From contig CT868119.1 of assembly GCA_000165425.1 (NCBI GenBank), positions 372,001 to 436,000 of the forward strand: a DNA stretch of 64,000 bases, written 5' to 3'. This DNA is from Paramecium tetraurelia. Taxonomy: Eukaryota. The translations under genes and the position numbers were made by a program. Position 1 is the stretch's first letter, and every line of letters starts with the position of its first letter. This document shows, piece after piece, positions 1-13,879 of the stretch. The notes below the pieces were generated by a model that was not told where the DNA came from, did not search any database, and saw only the letters and a list, made by a program, of their open reading frames with translations.

Positions 1-564
1 ATTGGAATCATTCCTTAATCGCCTTTCTTATTTACAGGAACTATTAGAAGAAATTTGGATCCCTTCGATAGTTTTACTGATGAATAATTATGGAAAGCCC
101 TTGAGCAAACAGACCTAATAAAGCATGTAAAAGCATTTTCAAATGGTCTATTAACTGACATGAGTGATGTCAATTCAGTTTTTTCTGTTGGTTAAAAATA
201 ATTAATTTGCCTAGCCAGAATCATTCTTTTCTAAAAGAAAATTATTGTTTTGGACGAGGCCACTGCAAATGTTGATATGAAAACTGATGATTTTATTTAG
301 GAAACTTTAAAAAAGAAATTTACAGATTGTACTTTAATCACAATAGCACATAGATTAAACACAATTGCTGATTACGATAAAGTTATGGTTGTAAGCGAGG
401 GTTAAGTTATTGAATTTGATACTCCTTTTAATTTATTAGCTAATTCAATTAATTCAACATCTGTAGATAAGAGTACAGAATTTTCGAGACTGGTTAAGAA
501 TACTGGTGACTAAAATGCTTAAGCAATTTTTGATATTGCGAAATAAAAGCACATCAAAAAATGA
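1..564 (+). CDS. ABC transporter C family (MRP-type), NBD2 C-terminal part (5' partial)
   Basis: Frame 1 in ciliate code: [22 protein letters not shown], signature FSVGQKQLICLAR, Walker [30 protein letters not shown] at 562-564. Confidence 0.93.
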
Positions 565-935
565 TTTTTATTAATTTCTAATAAATAACAAATAATTTTA
601 TTATATTGGAACTCAAATATCTTATCAATTATTAAAACTAAAGAATTTCCTTGTAATTCATTAATCTTATTGATTAAGGAATTATAATATTCAATATAAA
701 TATTTTATTAAACTCAATCATTTTTGCTATGCCTTAACTTTTAATGGTTTTAATCTATTTAACCAAAGGATTTACTTAGATTTTATCATAATTTGAGTTA
801 CAATATCATTTTTATTTATTATTTACAGTAAAATATAAATTATTATAAGAAGAAGGGATAAACTATATAAAGATACAGCAAATTGTATGTTCGATTTAAA
901 TGATAACAACATTTTTTTATATTTATAATAATGTA

Positions 936-3564
936 TCATTATTATCCTTTATATTATTATCTCCAATTTTCGACTTCTTCTGGCTTGACTAAAAATAATT
1001 AATAATATTAGAATACATTCTCTAAAGATAGGTACTGGCTAATTGATTGGTTATCCTGGCTTGACAAGATTTAAAAGGGCAGATACATTGTTATCGTAGG
1101 ATAATACATGTTCAAAGAGCTTGTCATCCTTTTCTGTTCTTTAGTTAAAGCCTAAAGTGAAATTGATTTTAGCAGAGACAGAAGGCATGAATGGTTCAAT
1201 CAAAGCACTAACAAATCTGATAGCATTGACTGCAACAAATAATATCACATCAGATCTTTTAGATTCTTTTTGTTCCTTTTCCCATGCTTTTTCATCTTGA
1301 ATGTATTTGTTAACAAGACTGCTTAATTCCATGGCTTTTCTAAGTGCATCTTTGATTTCAACTTTTTCAAATGCTTCTAGATATTCAGTCTTAAACTTAT
1401 TCAAGAATAAATTAATAAATTCTTCATCTTTTGGTGTTAATTGATTCAATTCAACTTATGGGATTTATTTGTTATAGTTTTTATAGATGAAATTAAGGGC
1501 ACGATTAACAAGATTACCAAGGTTAGGTAAAAGTTCATTGTTATTTTTATTAGCAAAATCATTCCAAGTAAATACAGTATCACTCTTTTCTGGACGATTG
1601 GCTAATAAATAATATCTAAAGATTTCATTTGGAATTTCAGTATTTTAAGCATTGTCACCAAACACTCCTGTTCCTCTAGACTTTGAAAATTTGCCATCTT
1701 CATAATTTAAATACTCTGTAGTGGAGATAGTTTTCAAAAGAGTATAATCTAATCCAGTTCCCATTAAAGTGGATGGGAAAATAACAGTGTGAAATGGAAC
1801 ATTATCTTTACCCATAAACTAAAATAATTCAACATTCTCTGGATTCATCCACCATTATTTCCAATCTTTAATAAAATTGGCTGTAATGCTTAAATAACCA
1901 ATTGGTGCATCAAACCAAACATAAAATACTTTATCTTTATATTCTTCTAGTGGCACTTACACACCCCATTTAAGATCTCTTGTAATGCATCTTTCTTTCA
2001 ATCCTAATTTTAACCAAGCTTTAGAAACATTATAAGAATTTTGAGACCATTGTCCGGATTTGGAGGTGGAATGAATCCATTTTTCAAGTCTTTCTTGGAT
2101 TTCAGGTAAGTTAATATAAATATGTTTAGTATCTTTGATTTCTGGTTTATTTTTGCAGATATAACATTTTGAATTGATTAATTCAACTGGATCAAGTAAT
2201 TTTCCACAAGAATCACATTAATCACCTCTAGCATCATCATATTGACAATGAGGACAAGTTCCACTTACATATCTGTCAGCTAAATACATCTTACAATGAG
2301 AACAAAATGTTTATGGAGTTGTTTTTTAAGTAGTGTATTTTGGATGCAAATGATTGAAAATCTCTTAAGTAATTTCAGTATGAACAGGAGTTGATGTTCT
2401 ACCGAAATAATCAAAATCAATATCAAACCAATCATAAACATTTTTGTGGATCTCAAAGTACTTAGTACAAATTTATTAAGGAGTCATATTTTCTTAAATT
2501 GCTTTCACTTCTGTAGCTGTTCCATATTCATCTGTTCCACAAACATAAAGTGTATTATATCCTCTTAATCTTGAGTACCTAGCAAAAGTGTCAGCACTTA
2601 AAACACAACCTATGATATTTCCCAAATGAGGAACATTATTCACATAGGGCAAAGCACTTGTAATTAAGACATTTCTCTTTCCTTTTTGTGGTAGAATTTG
2701 CTAACCTAAATTTGTTCTAACAATCTTTTAAGCACCAAATTATTTCAAATAATCTTATGATATTTCTTCTTTTTATTTTGTACCTTTCTCTTTTTGTGGT
2801 TGTTATTATTATTATTACTATTATTATGGTTTTTATTATTTTGGTAATTCTTATTCTTATTTCTAATTTCCTTTCTTTGAATCACCTTTTGAGTCTTTCT
2901 TTGAATTTTAATGCTATTCAATTCTTCTTTTGATTTCTTCTTCCTTCTTTTTTTTTTCCTCCTCAAAAGCGGTAATCTAAGGTTTAAATTCCTAATAAAT
3001 TTATTTAAAATTCTTTTACATTTTCCATTGAAGTCAATATTGGATCGACTACAGCACCAACAGTATTTTACCATTTTAACAATTTACCTTAGGTTTTCAC
3101 TTCAGGTTTGACTCTTTTTAATTTGATATAAGCTATGATATCTGTTTCTGATAATTCTTCTCCTTCTAAATATTTTGATTATTCCAATATCTTATTCAAA
3201 GTCTTAATATTGTCTGTCTTGACTTGTTTCTTTTTCTCAACAACAACCTTAAAAAATAAATAAGTAATTTTACATCATTCTTCTTTATTTAAATTACTTC
3301 TTTGAGTTAGTGAGCCACCCACCATAATCTCTCATTTTAATATGGATTTCTCTTTACTTTACTCAAATAATTAATGATTGAATAGTTTCCATACACAGAA
3401 TCATTTTCATTAATTTGAAGTGTGTCACAACATTTACCTTATTAATTAACAAGATTCTTACTAAAATCTAATTTCACTTAGATGTTGTTTTCTAAATGCA
3501 AAATTTTAAGAATACTTAACACAGATAATGTCTTTCCACTTAATTTCTTAAAAGCAAAAATCAT
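936..3564 (-). CDS. MARS1: Cytosolic methionyl-tRNA synthetase with GST-like N-terminal domain and K/E/Q-rich linker
   Basis: [33 protein letters not shown], Zn-knuckle [38 protein letters not shown]; tiny introns, e.g. 989-1016; ATG at 3564, TGA at 936-938. Confidence 0.93.
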
Positions 3565-3667
3565 TAATTTAAAAAATAATTTAATTCTTTCTTTAAAAAT
3601 ATCTTTATAAAAGAGATTCATATTCATATGAAAGAATTGCAAATATATGTGTTTAATTAATAATCAC

Positions 3668-6600
3668 TCACCATATGATACAGAAGAAAGCCATGATAGT
3701 TCTAAGTCGATTTCCAAAGTCAAATTCATTTTCTCCGTTATTTATTAATAAATTTTCATTCCCCCTTACAATTTACTATGAAGCATAGAACGCAAATATT
3801 TATTCTAAATTTGGCTAATATATCTAAAACTCTGTAATCAATAATTATTTTGATTTTAGTTCTACTTGTAGATATTAGAAAAGTTAAGAAAACTTGAATT
3901 ATCCTGATGGAATTTAGTATGATAGATAGCTAATATATTGAAAAAAATGATACTTATCTCTGTATTCAAATATAGGTTGTAGTTGGAATTAATGGGAGAG
4001 TTATAACCATATAGTTTAATGTACCTGTTCTTTTCTTCCTATATTACATTTAACACTGAATCTTGCCTGCTCTCCTAATTAAGCTCTTAATTCATTTAAA
4101 GTTCCTTATGTTATCATATATCCATTGACCATTATTCCAATTTTATTACAGATACTTTAAGCCTCTTATAAAGAGTGAGTAGTTAAAAGTACTGAAGCGT
4201 CATTGTTTATGGTTGATTATAGTAATATCTATTAGATAATTCTTCTAGATTTTGGATCTAATCCTGTTGTGGGTTCATCCATGAATAATCTATTTGATCC
4301 TCCAATCAATGCTATTCCTAGTTAAACCTTTCTTCTTTCTCCTCCACTTAAGAATTGAACCTGTCTATCTTTAATTTCATACATGTCAAGAGCCTTCAAA
4401 TATTTTTCAATTGCTTCGGTTAAGTTCTCTTAGCCTTTCAAAGTCCCATAGATAATGAGGTGTTAATATATAGTTAATGTAGGATAGAATGGGCAGAATT
4501 ATGGAACCAGCCCAAGATTGGTTTCAATATCTCTTATTCTTATTTTTCCTGTTGTTGGCCGATCAAATTTACTAATCATATTAAAAGTTGTTGATTTTCC
4601 AGCACCATTTGGCCCTAACAATCCAAATATTTCTTTGGGTTTAATTTAGAATGACAAATTATGGACAGTCTCAACTTATCCCTGCTTTTTAGTTAATTGT
4701 TAAACATCAACCAAAGCATCTGTGTCATCCATATTCGCTTGTATTTATTTATATTCATTCTTGTCATTAGAGTAGAGGATTAAGAAATAGACAATCCCTC
4801 CTATAATCAGATATATGATGCAGGAAAAGTAACTAAAAATGGGTAAATTCAATAAAATAGGACTCATGGCAAAACCCATATAGCAAGCTGAAAACGGTGA
4901 TATTATCATCAGCAACATAGAAATCATATTAAACCCAATTGGACTACCTGGTTGAACAATGAAAAGCATTATGATGAAAAAGAAGAGGAAGAATACAAAA
5001 AATTATAGTAAAGGAGAACTTATGTAAACACCTTGCTAATTTTGATATAATATCGACAAGCAATTTGAAAAGCAACTCATTGAGACTCCAAATATTGTAA
5101 TTAAAAAGAATACTTCGAAAAAGTATTGCCGAAAATGTCCAACATCATAGATATATAAGAGGATTGCTGTAAATAGGCCTTCAATAAAGGATGGTAATAT
5201 ATCAGTTATAACATTACTCAACCAGTAAGTGTGTATATTGACCCCACTTGAATACATATACTATTTAATTTTGGTATCTTTATCTTCAATTTGAATCATT
5301 ACATATAAGGTAGATGTGAGAGCTTTTATTCCTAAGTAAAAAAATACAAACAAAAAGGAATACTACATACCAAACAAGACAGCTAAAAAGATTAATGGTA
5401 ATGGTAGTGCATATCTCATTTATATATCAGTAGAACTTAAAAGGACTTATACTTTTCTTTAAATTAAACTTATCAATTAGGCTTTGAACACAATCTTTGG
5501 TCTTTGTTAAAAGACATGTTAAACATCCAAATCAATATTTTATGTTCCATATTAATAGTCAATTGCAAGATATGAATCTTCTAGTGAATTCAATTAAAGT
5601 GAGAATTTGCTTTATGAATTCTATTCTAAATACATTAGAAGTTCATGAAACATATGAATTTGTTTAACTGGTAATACACTTTTAAGAGATGTAGGAGCAC
5701 ATTAAATTACTGGTGTATAACTATCGATTTTTTGGAGTTGAGTTTAGATTTTAGGTTTTTCTTACAACAATTAATTCTGATCCTAAAAGTCCATTTGTAA
5801 ATGATAACCTACTCCAAAATTGAGTTTAATAAAGTCAGGAGTGCCTTGAGTTACAAGCTACCCGTTCATTAGAATTCCAACTCTAGTTGCTAACTCATCA
5901 GCTTCTTCCATGTGATGAGTTGTCATGATAATAGCTCGATGCAATCTTATTTTTTTGATGACTTCCCAAATTTATTACCTTGTCAATGCATCCATACCTG
6001 ATGATGGTTCATCCAAAAACACAATTTTGGAATTTCCAATTAGAGATATAGCCAAACTTAATTTTCGCTTATTTCCACCACTCAGTTATTAAGACTTTAA
6101 GTTAGATTCATTTTTTAATTGGCAAACATCTAAGATATAATTTATTTATTATTATAATTCTTCATCAAGAATGCCTTTTAATTATCCATAAAATTTTAAA
6201 TGCTCGTAAACATTAAGTTCTTAGTATATGATATCTTTTTATAAACAAATTCCAATCTGATTCTTAAACTGCTTATTATCTATACTCTATCCTAAGATAT
6301 TGATTTTCCCCTTAGATCTTTCGGACAGACCAGATAAAATATTCATTAAAGTAGATTTGCCTGCTCCATTTGGACCTAATAAACAATAAATCTCATTCTA
6401 ATAAATCTCCATATTGAGAGATTTGATAATATTTTGATTATCAATCTTCTTCCACATATTCTCTACTTATATAAATGGTTCTCCTTGATTATCTACTTCT
6501 TAATATTAAATATTTAACATTGGTCTGTAAAATTACTGTGGTTCCTATTCTCTATTATTAGGATTCTGATTTTATTCATCAACAAAATTAGTGTATGTTT

Positions 6601-7396
6601 TTGTGTTTTATTTGCAAAAATTACATAAGAAAAAAAACTTTTTGGAACCACTTAAAACTTAATCAAAATACAAAAATCCTAAAGTATAACCAATTATCTA
6701 AATTATTAAACAAGTGATATATATTCCAGGATGTAAAAAATATTCTTTACTATTCACTAGCCAATTTGAACTTAATAGTAGCATTTGGTATGCTGTTTAT
6801 GGTAAAAATAAAGTAGGTAATTGACCAATAAAAGTTAATTTGGGCTCTGGAACAAAATTAGAAATCACAACAAAAGATAACACTACGTTCAAAAGACCAA
6901 TTAGTTCACTAACCTTATTTGAATTTTTGGAGAATGAACTCAAAAATAATGCCAAGGATGCAATTGCACAACAATATAAATTTTATCCCAAAATTAATAT
7001 TACAATTTTTAACTATCCATATCCTACTTTATGTAATCCAAATACTATAAAAGGTATCAGATAAATTAGAGAAACACCTATGGTCATAACATAAAATGTT
7101 ATTATCCATGATGCATAATAAGCATTCGAACTTAATCCCATTTAATATTATAACAATTTAAATTGATCACTTTTCTCTCTCACAAGTAATACTAATGATT
7201 GTCTCAAAATTCCATTATTGCTTAAGCAAACAAAAATTATTAAGAAGAATAATCCTAAATTTGTTTTGTAAGCAACGAATATTGATAAAATAACACTTAA
7301 TATAGGAATATAAAGATTTATCCAAAATTGTTTTGATCTGAAATGTAAAGTGAAATTTTTTCCTAATAATGTTTTAAGTTAATTCATCTAATTCAT
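3668..7396 (-). CDS. Full-size ABCA-family transporter (TMD-NBD-TMD-NBD), about 1,240 aa, lacking large extracellular domains
   Basis: Two Walker A motifs GPNGAGKST (about 6370 and 4610); [10 protein letters not shown] and [18 protein letters not shown] and [23 protein letters not shown]-terminal NLEQIF; 3' end inferred from frame continuity to TGA 3668-3670. Confidence 0.88.
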
Positions 7397-8096
7397 ATAA
7401 TTATTATTATATTATATTTTTATATTATAACTAATAGCACCATATAGAACCGATTTGCATATGGATGTGAATTAATAATCTCAATACTACTTAATGATTT
7501 TCCTAATTATCGATTCATTAACACTTTAGTTGTAACAAAATTTATTTAAAAAAATTATACTATTGATAACACAATATTAAAATAATAAAATAATTCTTAG
7601 ACCAACATCTGATAACACTATTTCGATAATGATTAATATAAATTTTTGGAAAAATGTCATAAAGGTATTTTCCTGTTCTGTGAAAAATATAAAATTATAA
7701 TTAAATATTTAAAATATTAAGACATCAAATTCAATTTCTCTTTGAATATATAGAATGAAATTACAAAAACAAACTTAGATGTCAATTAAAATAAAGATCA
7801 AATAAAAGTTAAACAATAAATGTATTATATCAATATTTTAAGTTGTAACTAACTATAAACTAACTTTTGAGAAATTGATTTGAACATCTTTTTAGTTCTT
7901 GATATTCCAGAATTGAATTCAATCTAATGTAAATAATTATCACATATATAGTGAATAGGTTTGATTATGAAAAATATGATAAACTAAAAGGAGAATAATA
8001 AAAAGATTGACATATGGAACTAGATCTTTTTATAAAAAAGTAATTGGTGATTTAGATAAATCAATGATATATGTGAATAATAATTGTAGATTGATA

Positions 8097-10061
8097 TCAT
8101 TCATCTCCTTTCATTTTGGGTGCGGCTGAAATTTCAGCATTATCATATGGGAAATAGAATGTTGACATGTTATCTCTGAAGGTCCATAAATTGTATTCTG
8201 GAACGACATCATATCTAAATTTGTATAAGGTACTCTTATAACATCCAGATTTTTTAATTTTCTATGATAAATGAGATAAGTACCCTGACGGCTGCTTCAA
8301 TGTCTTTTGTTGAATATTTACCATTTTTGAGATCTGACAGAAATGGAATATTTTTACATCTGATTCCTTCATTAACAATGGCAACTCTGTTCTATTTAGA
8401 TGGTGTACCAACAGCGCCAACAACAAAGTCATTCATACCATAATAGATGATAAAGTCCCATTTCTTCAAATCTCCTTCAATATGGACTTCATCAAATTGT
8501 GGCCATGAACTAGCCTATTATAAAACTTTTCCAAATTGTTCAGTATAAGTGAAGGGGATTTAATGCCAAGGAACATTAAGTGCCAACATATTATAGGCTG
8601 CTGTCATTCCTTAATTATAGCATGCTTACCATTGATCACCAATATGACCTGTACCATTAGTGTAATAATAGGTATGGGCACAACTTCCAGCTGCAAAGAT
8701 TCTCTTAATATCAGTTCTCTGGAAGTAATCAACTTTGACTCTTCCTGCATTATCAAATTCAAATTAATGATCACTAACTTCTGCGAATTCAGTTTTTGGT
8801 GACACTGTACTTGGGAATAAGATCACTGCATCAGATTTGAGTTTCTTCTTTCCCTTGAAGACAATGGAATCCTTTTCGAACTTCTTAATCTTGATGTTCT
8901 CATAGATATTGATTCCTTTTTCAACATGTAGATCCAAAACAAGATTTGTGAGTTCAGGACCATATTGAACTTGGAATTGACTTTCGTCGTTGGGATCAAT
9001 GATGTTAATTTTAATGTTTGGATATTCTTAACGAATTGTTTATGCTACTTCTAATGACATTGTATTAATACCTATGATAGACTATAATAAAAAGACCAAA
9101 ATACCAGATCATTTATAGTTTTCAGTTTCTCCTTCAACTATTAATGAGAATCAAGGGAACTGAAATAAAAGACTTCTTGATTCTCAATTCCTTTAATGGG
9201 AGGATGTACAGGATCTGTACCTGTTGCAATCAATATTGTGTCATAAGCAATCTTGTTACTGTCATCCAACTCCACATATGTGTTACTATATTTATTGTTC
9301 ACATAAGAAATCTTCCTGCCTAAATGAGCATCGATTGCAATAGCTGAGTACCAGTTATCTTTTCTAAAAAAGAAATCTTCAGGTTTAGTTGCTTTGATTC
9401 TTTTGCTCATCTTAGTCTTATCATATGGCATATAATTGTCATTTGATATATATGATAACTCTCCTGTATATCCAAATTCTCTCAAAGTTGTTAGACAGGC
9501 AAATGCAGCTGCTCCTCCTCCATAAATAATGACCTTTCTTTGATCATTGTAATCTCTAAAATGGTATTGCGGAATTATCTTTTTAGGCACTATTAGAGGG
9601 GCGTAAACTTCTATTGAATCTTCATTTTCTTTTAGTCCAAACTTTGGTAAATTATCAATGGAGGGAGGTCCTTCAACCATGCCATTTGTAATATCAAATT
9701 AGCAGCCATGTTTTGGACAATACAATTTATCCCCAAAACAAATTCCTTCTGATAAATCAGTTTCCAGATCATAAGGACACAAACTACCAAATGCATATAT
9801 TTTGCCTTAATATCTAGTTAAAATTATCTAATAATCTTCATCTCCATTCTATATTACAAATGGCATTAATTCTCCCTCTTTTGGTTTCTTGAAACTTGTA
9901 TATGTGATTAATTGAGTATTGTTATAATCTAGCATTTAAGCTGTCTAAATAATTCCCTTCTTCTATTCTTCAGTTAGATCACTCTGCAACTTGCAGGTGC
10001 TCCGAATACCTTTACAAGCAAAGAGAAATATGGGAATTAATTTCAATATTCTCCTCCTCAT
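8097..10061 (-). CDS. AIFM3-like Rieske + pyridine nucleotide-disulfide oxidoreductase, probable mitochondrial presequence
   Basis: MRRRILKLIPIFLFACKGIRS start; Rieske-like CPYD..YCPKHGCQFDITNG; IIYGGGAAA; PYDKTKMSK; ATGT; IFAAGSCA; introns near 9082-9104 and 8261-8283. Confidence 0.85.
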
Positions 10062-10669
10062 TTAAAATTTAATAAAATTGTTTCTTGATATTGAATATAT
10101 TTTATTTCGTGTATAAAAATAAGTTTTCTATTTTTTTATACACTCCATTTTATTTTATTATCTCTTTCTTTTAACTTATGACTATTTTCACCTTACTCCT
10201 CGATAAAAAATAACTTAAATGACAAATCTCGTTCCTCTGAGAGTAAACAAGAAATCCAACATATTAGCTATCATTAATTAAATTCACTTTAGACCTTAAA
10301 ATTAAGTAATTAAAGTTAATTTATGTATAAGCGTATTTAATCTATAATTTTTTAATAAAGAATATTCAAATATAATACCTAATAAGGCCTTGTTTGTTAG
10401 ATGTGTTTTAAGATGTCTATTAAATAAAGTTTTACTAATATGAATAGTGATTATGATTTTATTGAGTTCTAAATGAAATTTGAATTTTTCAAAATAATTA
10501 TTTGACTAGTACACAAAATAATTTATTCAAAGGAAAAAGATTTCGGTTATTTACAATAATGAATATTTAATTTACGTAAAAACCAATTTCATGATGATGA
10601 TAGAATCAGAATGGGTATTTATTTTGATCTGAATTTGTATGTTAATTAATAAATAATATATTAAAATCA

Positions 10670-12227
10670 ATGATAGAAGATTCATTATTTGCTGAATCCT
10701 TTTGGAATCCAATACCACTTAATTCATTTTCAAACGATGACGATTATAATGTATAAATTTAGATTTCCTTTAATATAGGTGTTTTAACTATACTCAGGAA
10801 ACACCCCAGTACAAATAAGAGTCATCCCAGGGTAATTATTAGCCAGTAGTCAATAATTGGATTTATTGCAAACATTCATCACATTAGACGAGAAAGGAGT
10901 GACACTTTAAAATAAATTTGGATAAATAACTTTCTTAGGACCATAATTATAGTAGTTTTATGAACACATCAATAAATATTGTATGCATCTAGATATTCAA
11001 AATCATTATACAATTGAGAAATAAACTCACTAGTTAGATAATTTTGAGGTATGAGTAAGGGTCTATAATTAGATTTTTCAATCCAGAGATAAAATGACTG
11101 GTATTTAAAAGTCAATAAAAAAGTATTCAAAAAAATTAGGAAAATCCTATTTGTAGACTATTGTTGACTATAGGAATTATGAATATTTATATGAGGATGA
11201 CTAATATCTGTATTTGGTCATGTCATATTTAAATGGACAAAAAATCAACAATTTAACTTTGGAAGAGTCATGTTTTGGACTACTCAAACTATTATACAAA
11301 TATCACAATCAAGGCTTTGCATTAAACTGTTTCTCTGTAAGAATATTACATTTATATAAGGAATCGAATACTATTTTATTGGATGAAAATTATAATATGG
11401 AAATACTGGATAATTCTTAACTTAAAAGAATTACATCCGATTAGCAAAAAGAAATATAGTAAGATGTTCAAACTATTCATAATTATCTTTTATAAAAGTA
11501 ACAAAACTAATATTTTTCAGATTTCCCCACAAATAAGATACTTTGTAAAACATTTTAGACACAAAAATTCAATCAGTCCAAGAATTGCTCTTCCATTAAT
11601 TATTTATCAATTACTTTGGTGATAGCCACTTTTTTGTGTTCTTAAACGCAAAACCCTATCAAAAGTACAACAACCTCACTTCAAATCCTTAACTAAATTT
11701 GCTTGAAACTTTCAATACTATAAGATCAAGTATTATGGATTCATCAGATGAATCAGATGATGTGTAAGAAATTAATCAGTTTAATTTTTCCCATTCACAA
11801 TTCGAGGACTCTCCAATGCTCTCTCCTAAGCTGAAGCCAAAACATCAGTCAAGATTGTCAAGTAGATAAGTTGTCCTTGAAACCTTATTAAATGAACACA
11901 TAATCACACCTGAATAATTCCAATAGTTTTATAAAGAAGAAGACTTTTAAAACGAGCAGGAAATAAATGAGTTTAGTGAAATGCTCTCTAAAGAAATTGA
12001 AAATTCTTAATTAACAACTCCCATTTAAAGTGATGTAAGCATTTTATTCATTTTAGTCCACTGCTACCTGTCCTAATACAGTTATTATTCACTCTAGAAA
12101 AAATGTCGTCAATCGAATTAGTGATATCATACTTGAAGCTTAATAGGAATTTATTTAAGCTACAAAAAAACCTTATAATGTTAGTAAAGTCTAGAATGTA
12201 AGGAAGAATCTATTCAATTTACATTGA
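10670..12227 (+). CDS. Degenerate kinase-like (pseudokinase) protein with N-terminal PH-like region
   Basis: Continuous frame after removing 5 tiny introns; YEDDQYLYLVMSYLNG resembles kinase subdomains IV-V; no Gly-loop, HRD or DFG found. Confidence 0.55.
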
Positions 12228-13879
12228 TATTCTTTATATACCTTATACATAATTTTGTTAATTAATTTATCTTTCGTTGGATAACTAAAATTTTATAATA
12301 AAAAATTAGCCGTTTTGAATAACTCTAAATATAATATAATCCTTTAAGGTTTATAATACTCTAAAAGGTTTCTCCACATTCTTTGATTAAGCGACAAACA
12401 ATATAATTTAATTCAATTCAAAACCATGTCCATAAAATAGTCACAAGTTATAAAAAATTATAAAGCTATTACTTACTGTCAATCTCAATAATTTTATATT
12501 ATAATTGATTATTTATGTAATATTTATTTTCATATTAAATTGATTAACATATTAAAGAAAGATAATTATATCATTCTTCAAAGCTTAGAAATTAAATATT
12601 ATTGAAGCACTATTATCAAACATCAAATTCTTTGTACTTTTACCAAATCAATCCTTATCAATAAATTGTAAAGTGTATCAATTACAATTTAAAGTCTATT
12701 GAATATTTCATAAAACAAAAACAGAATTTAATATTATGTTAATAATGAACTGGTCATTAGAAAAAGAGTTTCTGTTTTAATATGATCCTGAATAGTAAAA
12801 ATTAAATAAATAATAATTAATTAGTTTTAGAAATTTAGTCATCTTTATTATTGTATTTTGTTTTTTTCTTGTGTTAAATAATATTCATAGAAAATGTGTT
12901 GAAATGAGTACAAGAATGCTTGAAAACGTTAAAACTTCATTGAGCTATTATTTTTTGAGGTATTTAGAATGACTTTGAATTTTTTGGAGTTACGATTAAA
13001 TAATACATGTTAATTTATAATAAAAGAATGATTTTCTATTTTCTTAAATTAGTTTTTGGGTCTTTTCTCCATGTCAACTTTCAAAAAACATAATAATTTA
13101 TTTACATTACTAGAATCTATTGTCATAAGCATTAATTTTATTTTACATCAATATAAATTATACTTACTTAGGGTTTCATTTTCATAATCATAATAATTTA
13201 ATAAATACTCCTACTGTAAGTTACTTTTCTATAAAATTATTTTGATTTTGGTATGAAAACCTAATTATTCATTTAAATACAAGGCTGAGTCGTTATATAA
13301 AAAATACATATAACTTAATATCTATAAAAGCATATTTTTTTGAATTTAAGTTTCTTTCTAGTAATATGCTTAAATAAGATGAAATATATTTGATATTTAT
13401 ATTTCTCACAATTTTATAGTAAAAATGTAAAAATTATTAGCTACTAATTTTAGAATTTATTGTTATCCATTATCTATAATAATAAATATTCCTTATATAC
13501 TTAATATTTATAATCTAAGCAATTGTATAATCTTTTACTAAGACTTCGGAAATTCAACTCATTTAGAATGATAGATTGAGAAATAAACGTAATTTTATCA
13601 TAAAGGACACAATTATGTTTAATAATTCAATATACACTATAATTGATGGATTAATGTTATATAGAATTAAAATGTGTGTTAATCATATAATAATAAAAAT
13701 TGAAGAATTTTGATTTTTCATTTGAACATCAATTAGAAAACCTTGATTACAGATTTTGGTCTATTATGTGTTATATGATTAAATCATGACTTTATTTCTT
13801 TGAGGGAGTGTTAATTAATCAATCATTAATTAAAAATTCAGATAATTTAATTTGCTATAAATATAATGTATTAATGATC

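Noticed and set aside
2745..3111. ORF-track K/N-rich and F/L-rich ORFs
   Set aside because: Off-frame and antisense readings of the MetRS linker
3570..3729. MetRS start at ATG 3729
   Set aside because: That ATG lies within the ABCA 3' coding frame, which ends at 3668; ATG 3564 gives a continuous GST-like N-terminus
10170..10620. Small plus-strand gene between the oxidoreductase and the pseudokinase
   Set aside because: Short AT-rich frames with no motif; with only one stop codon, such ORFs arise easily by chance
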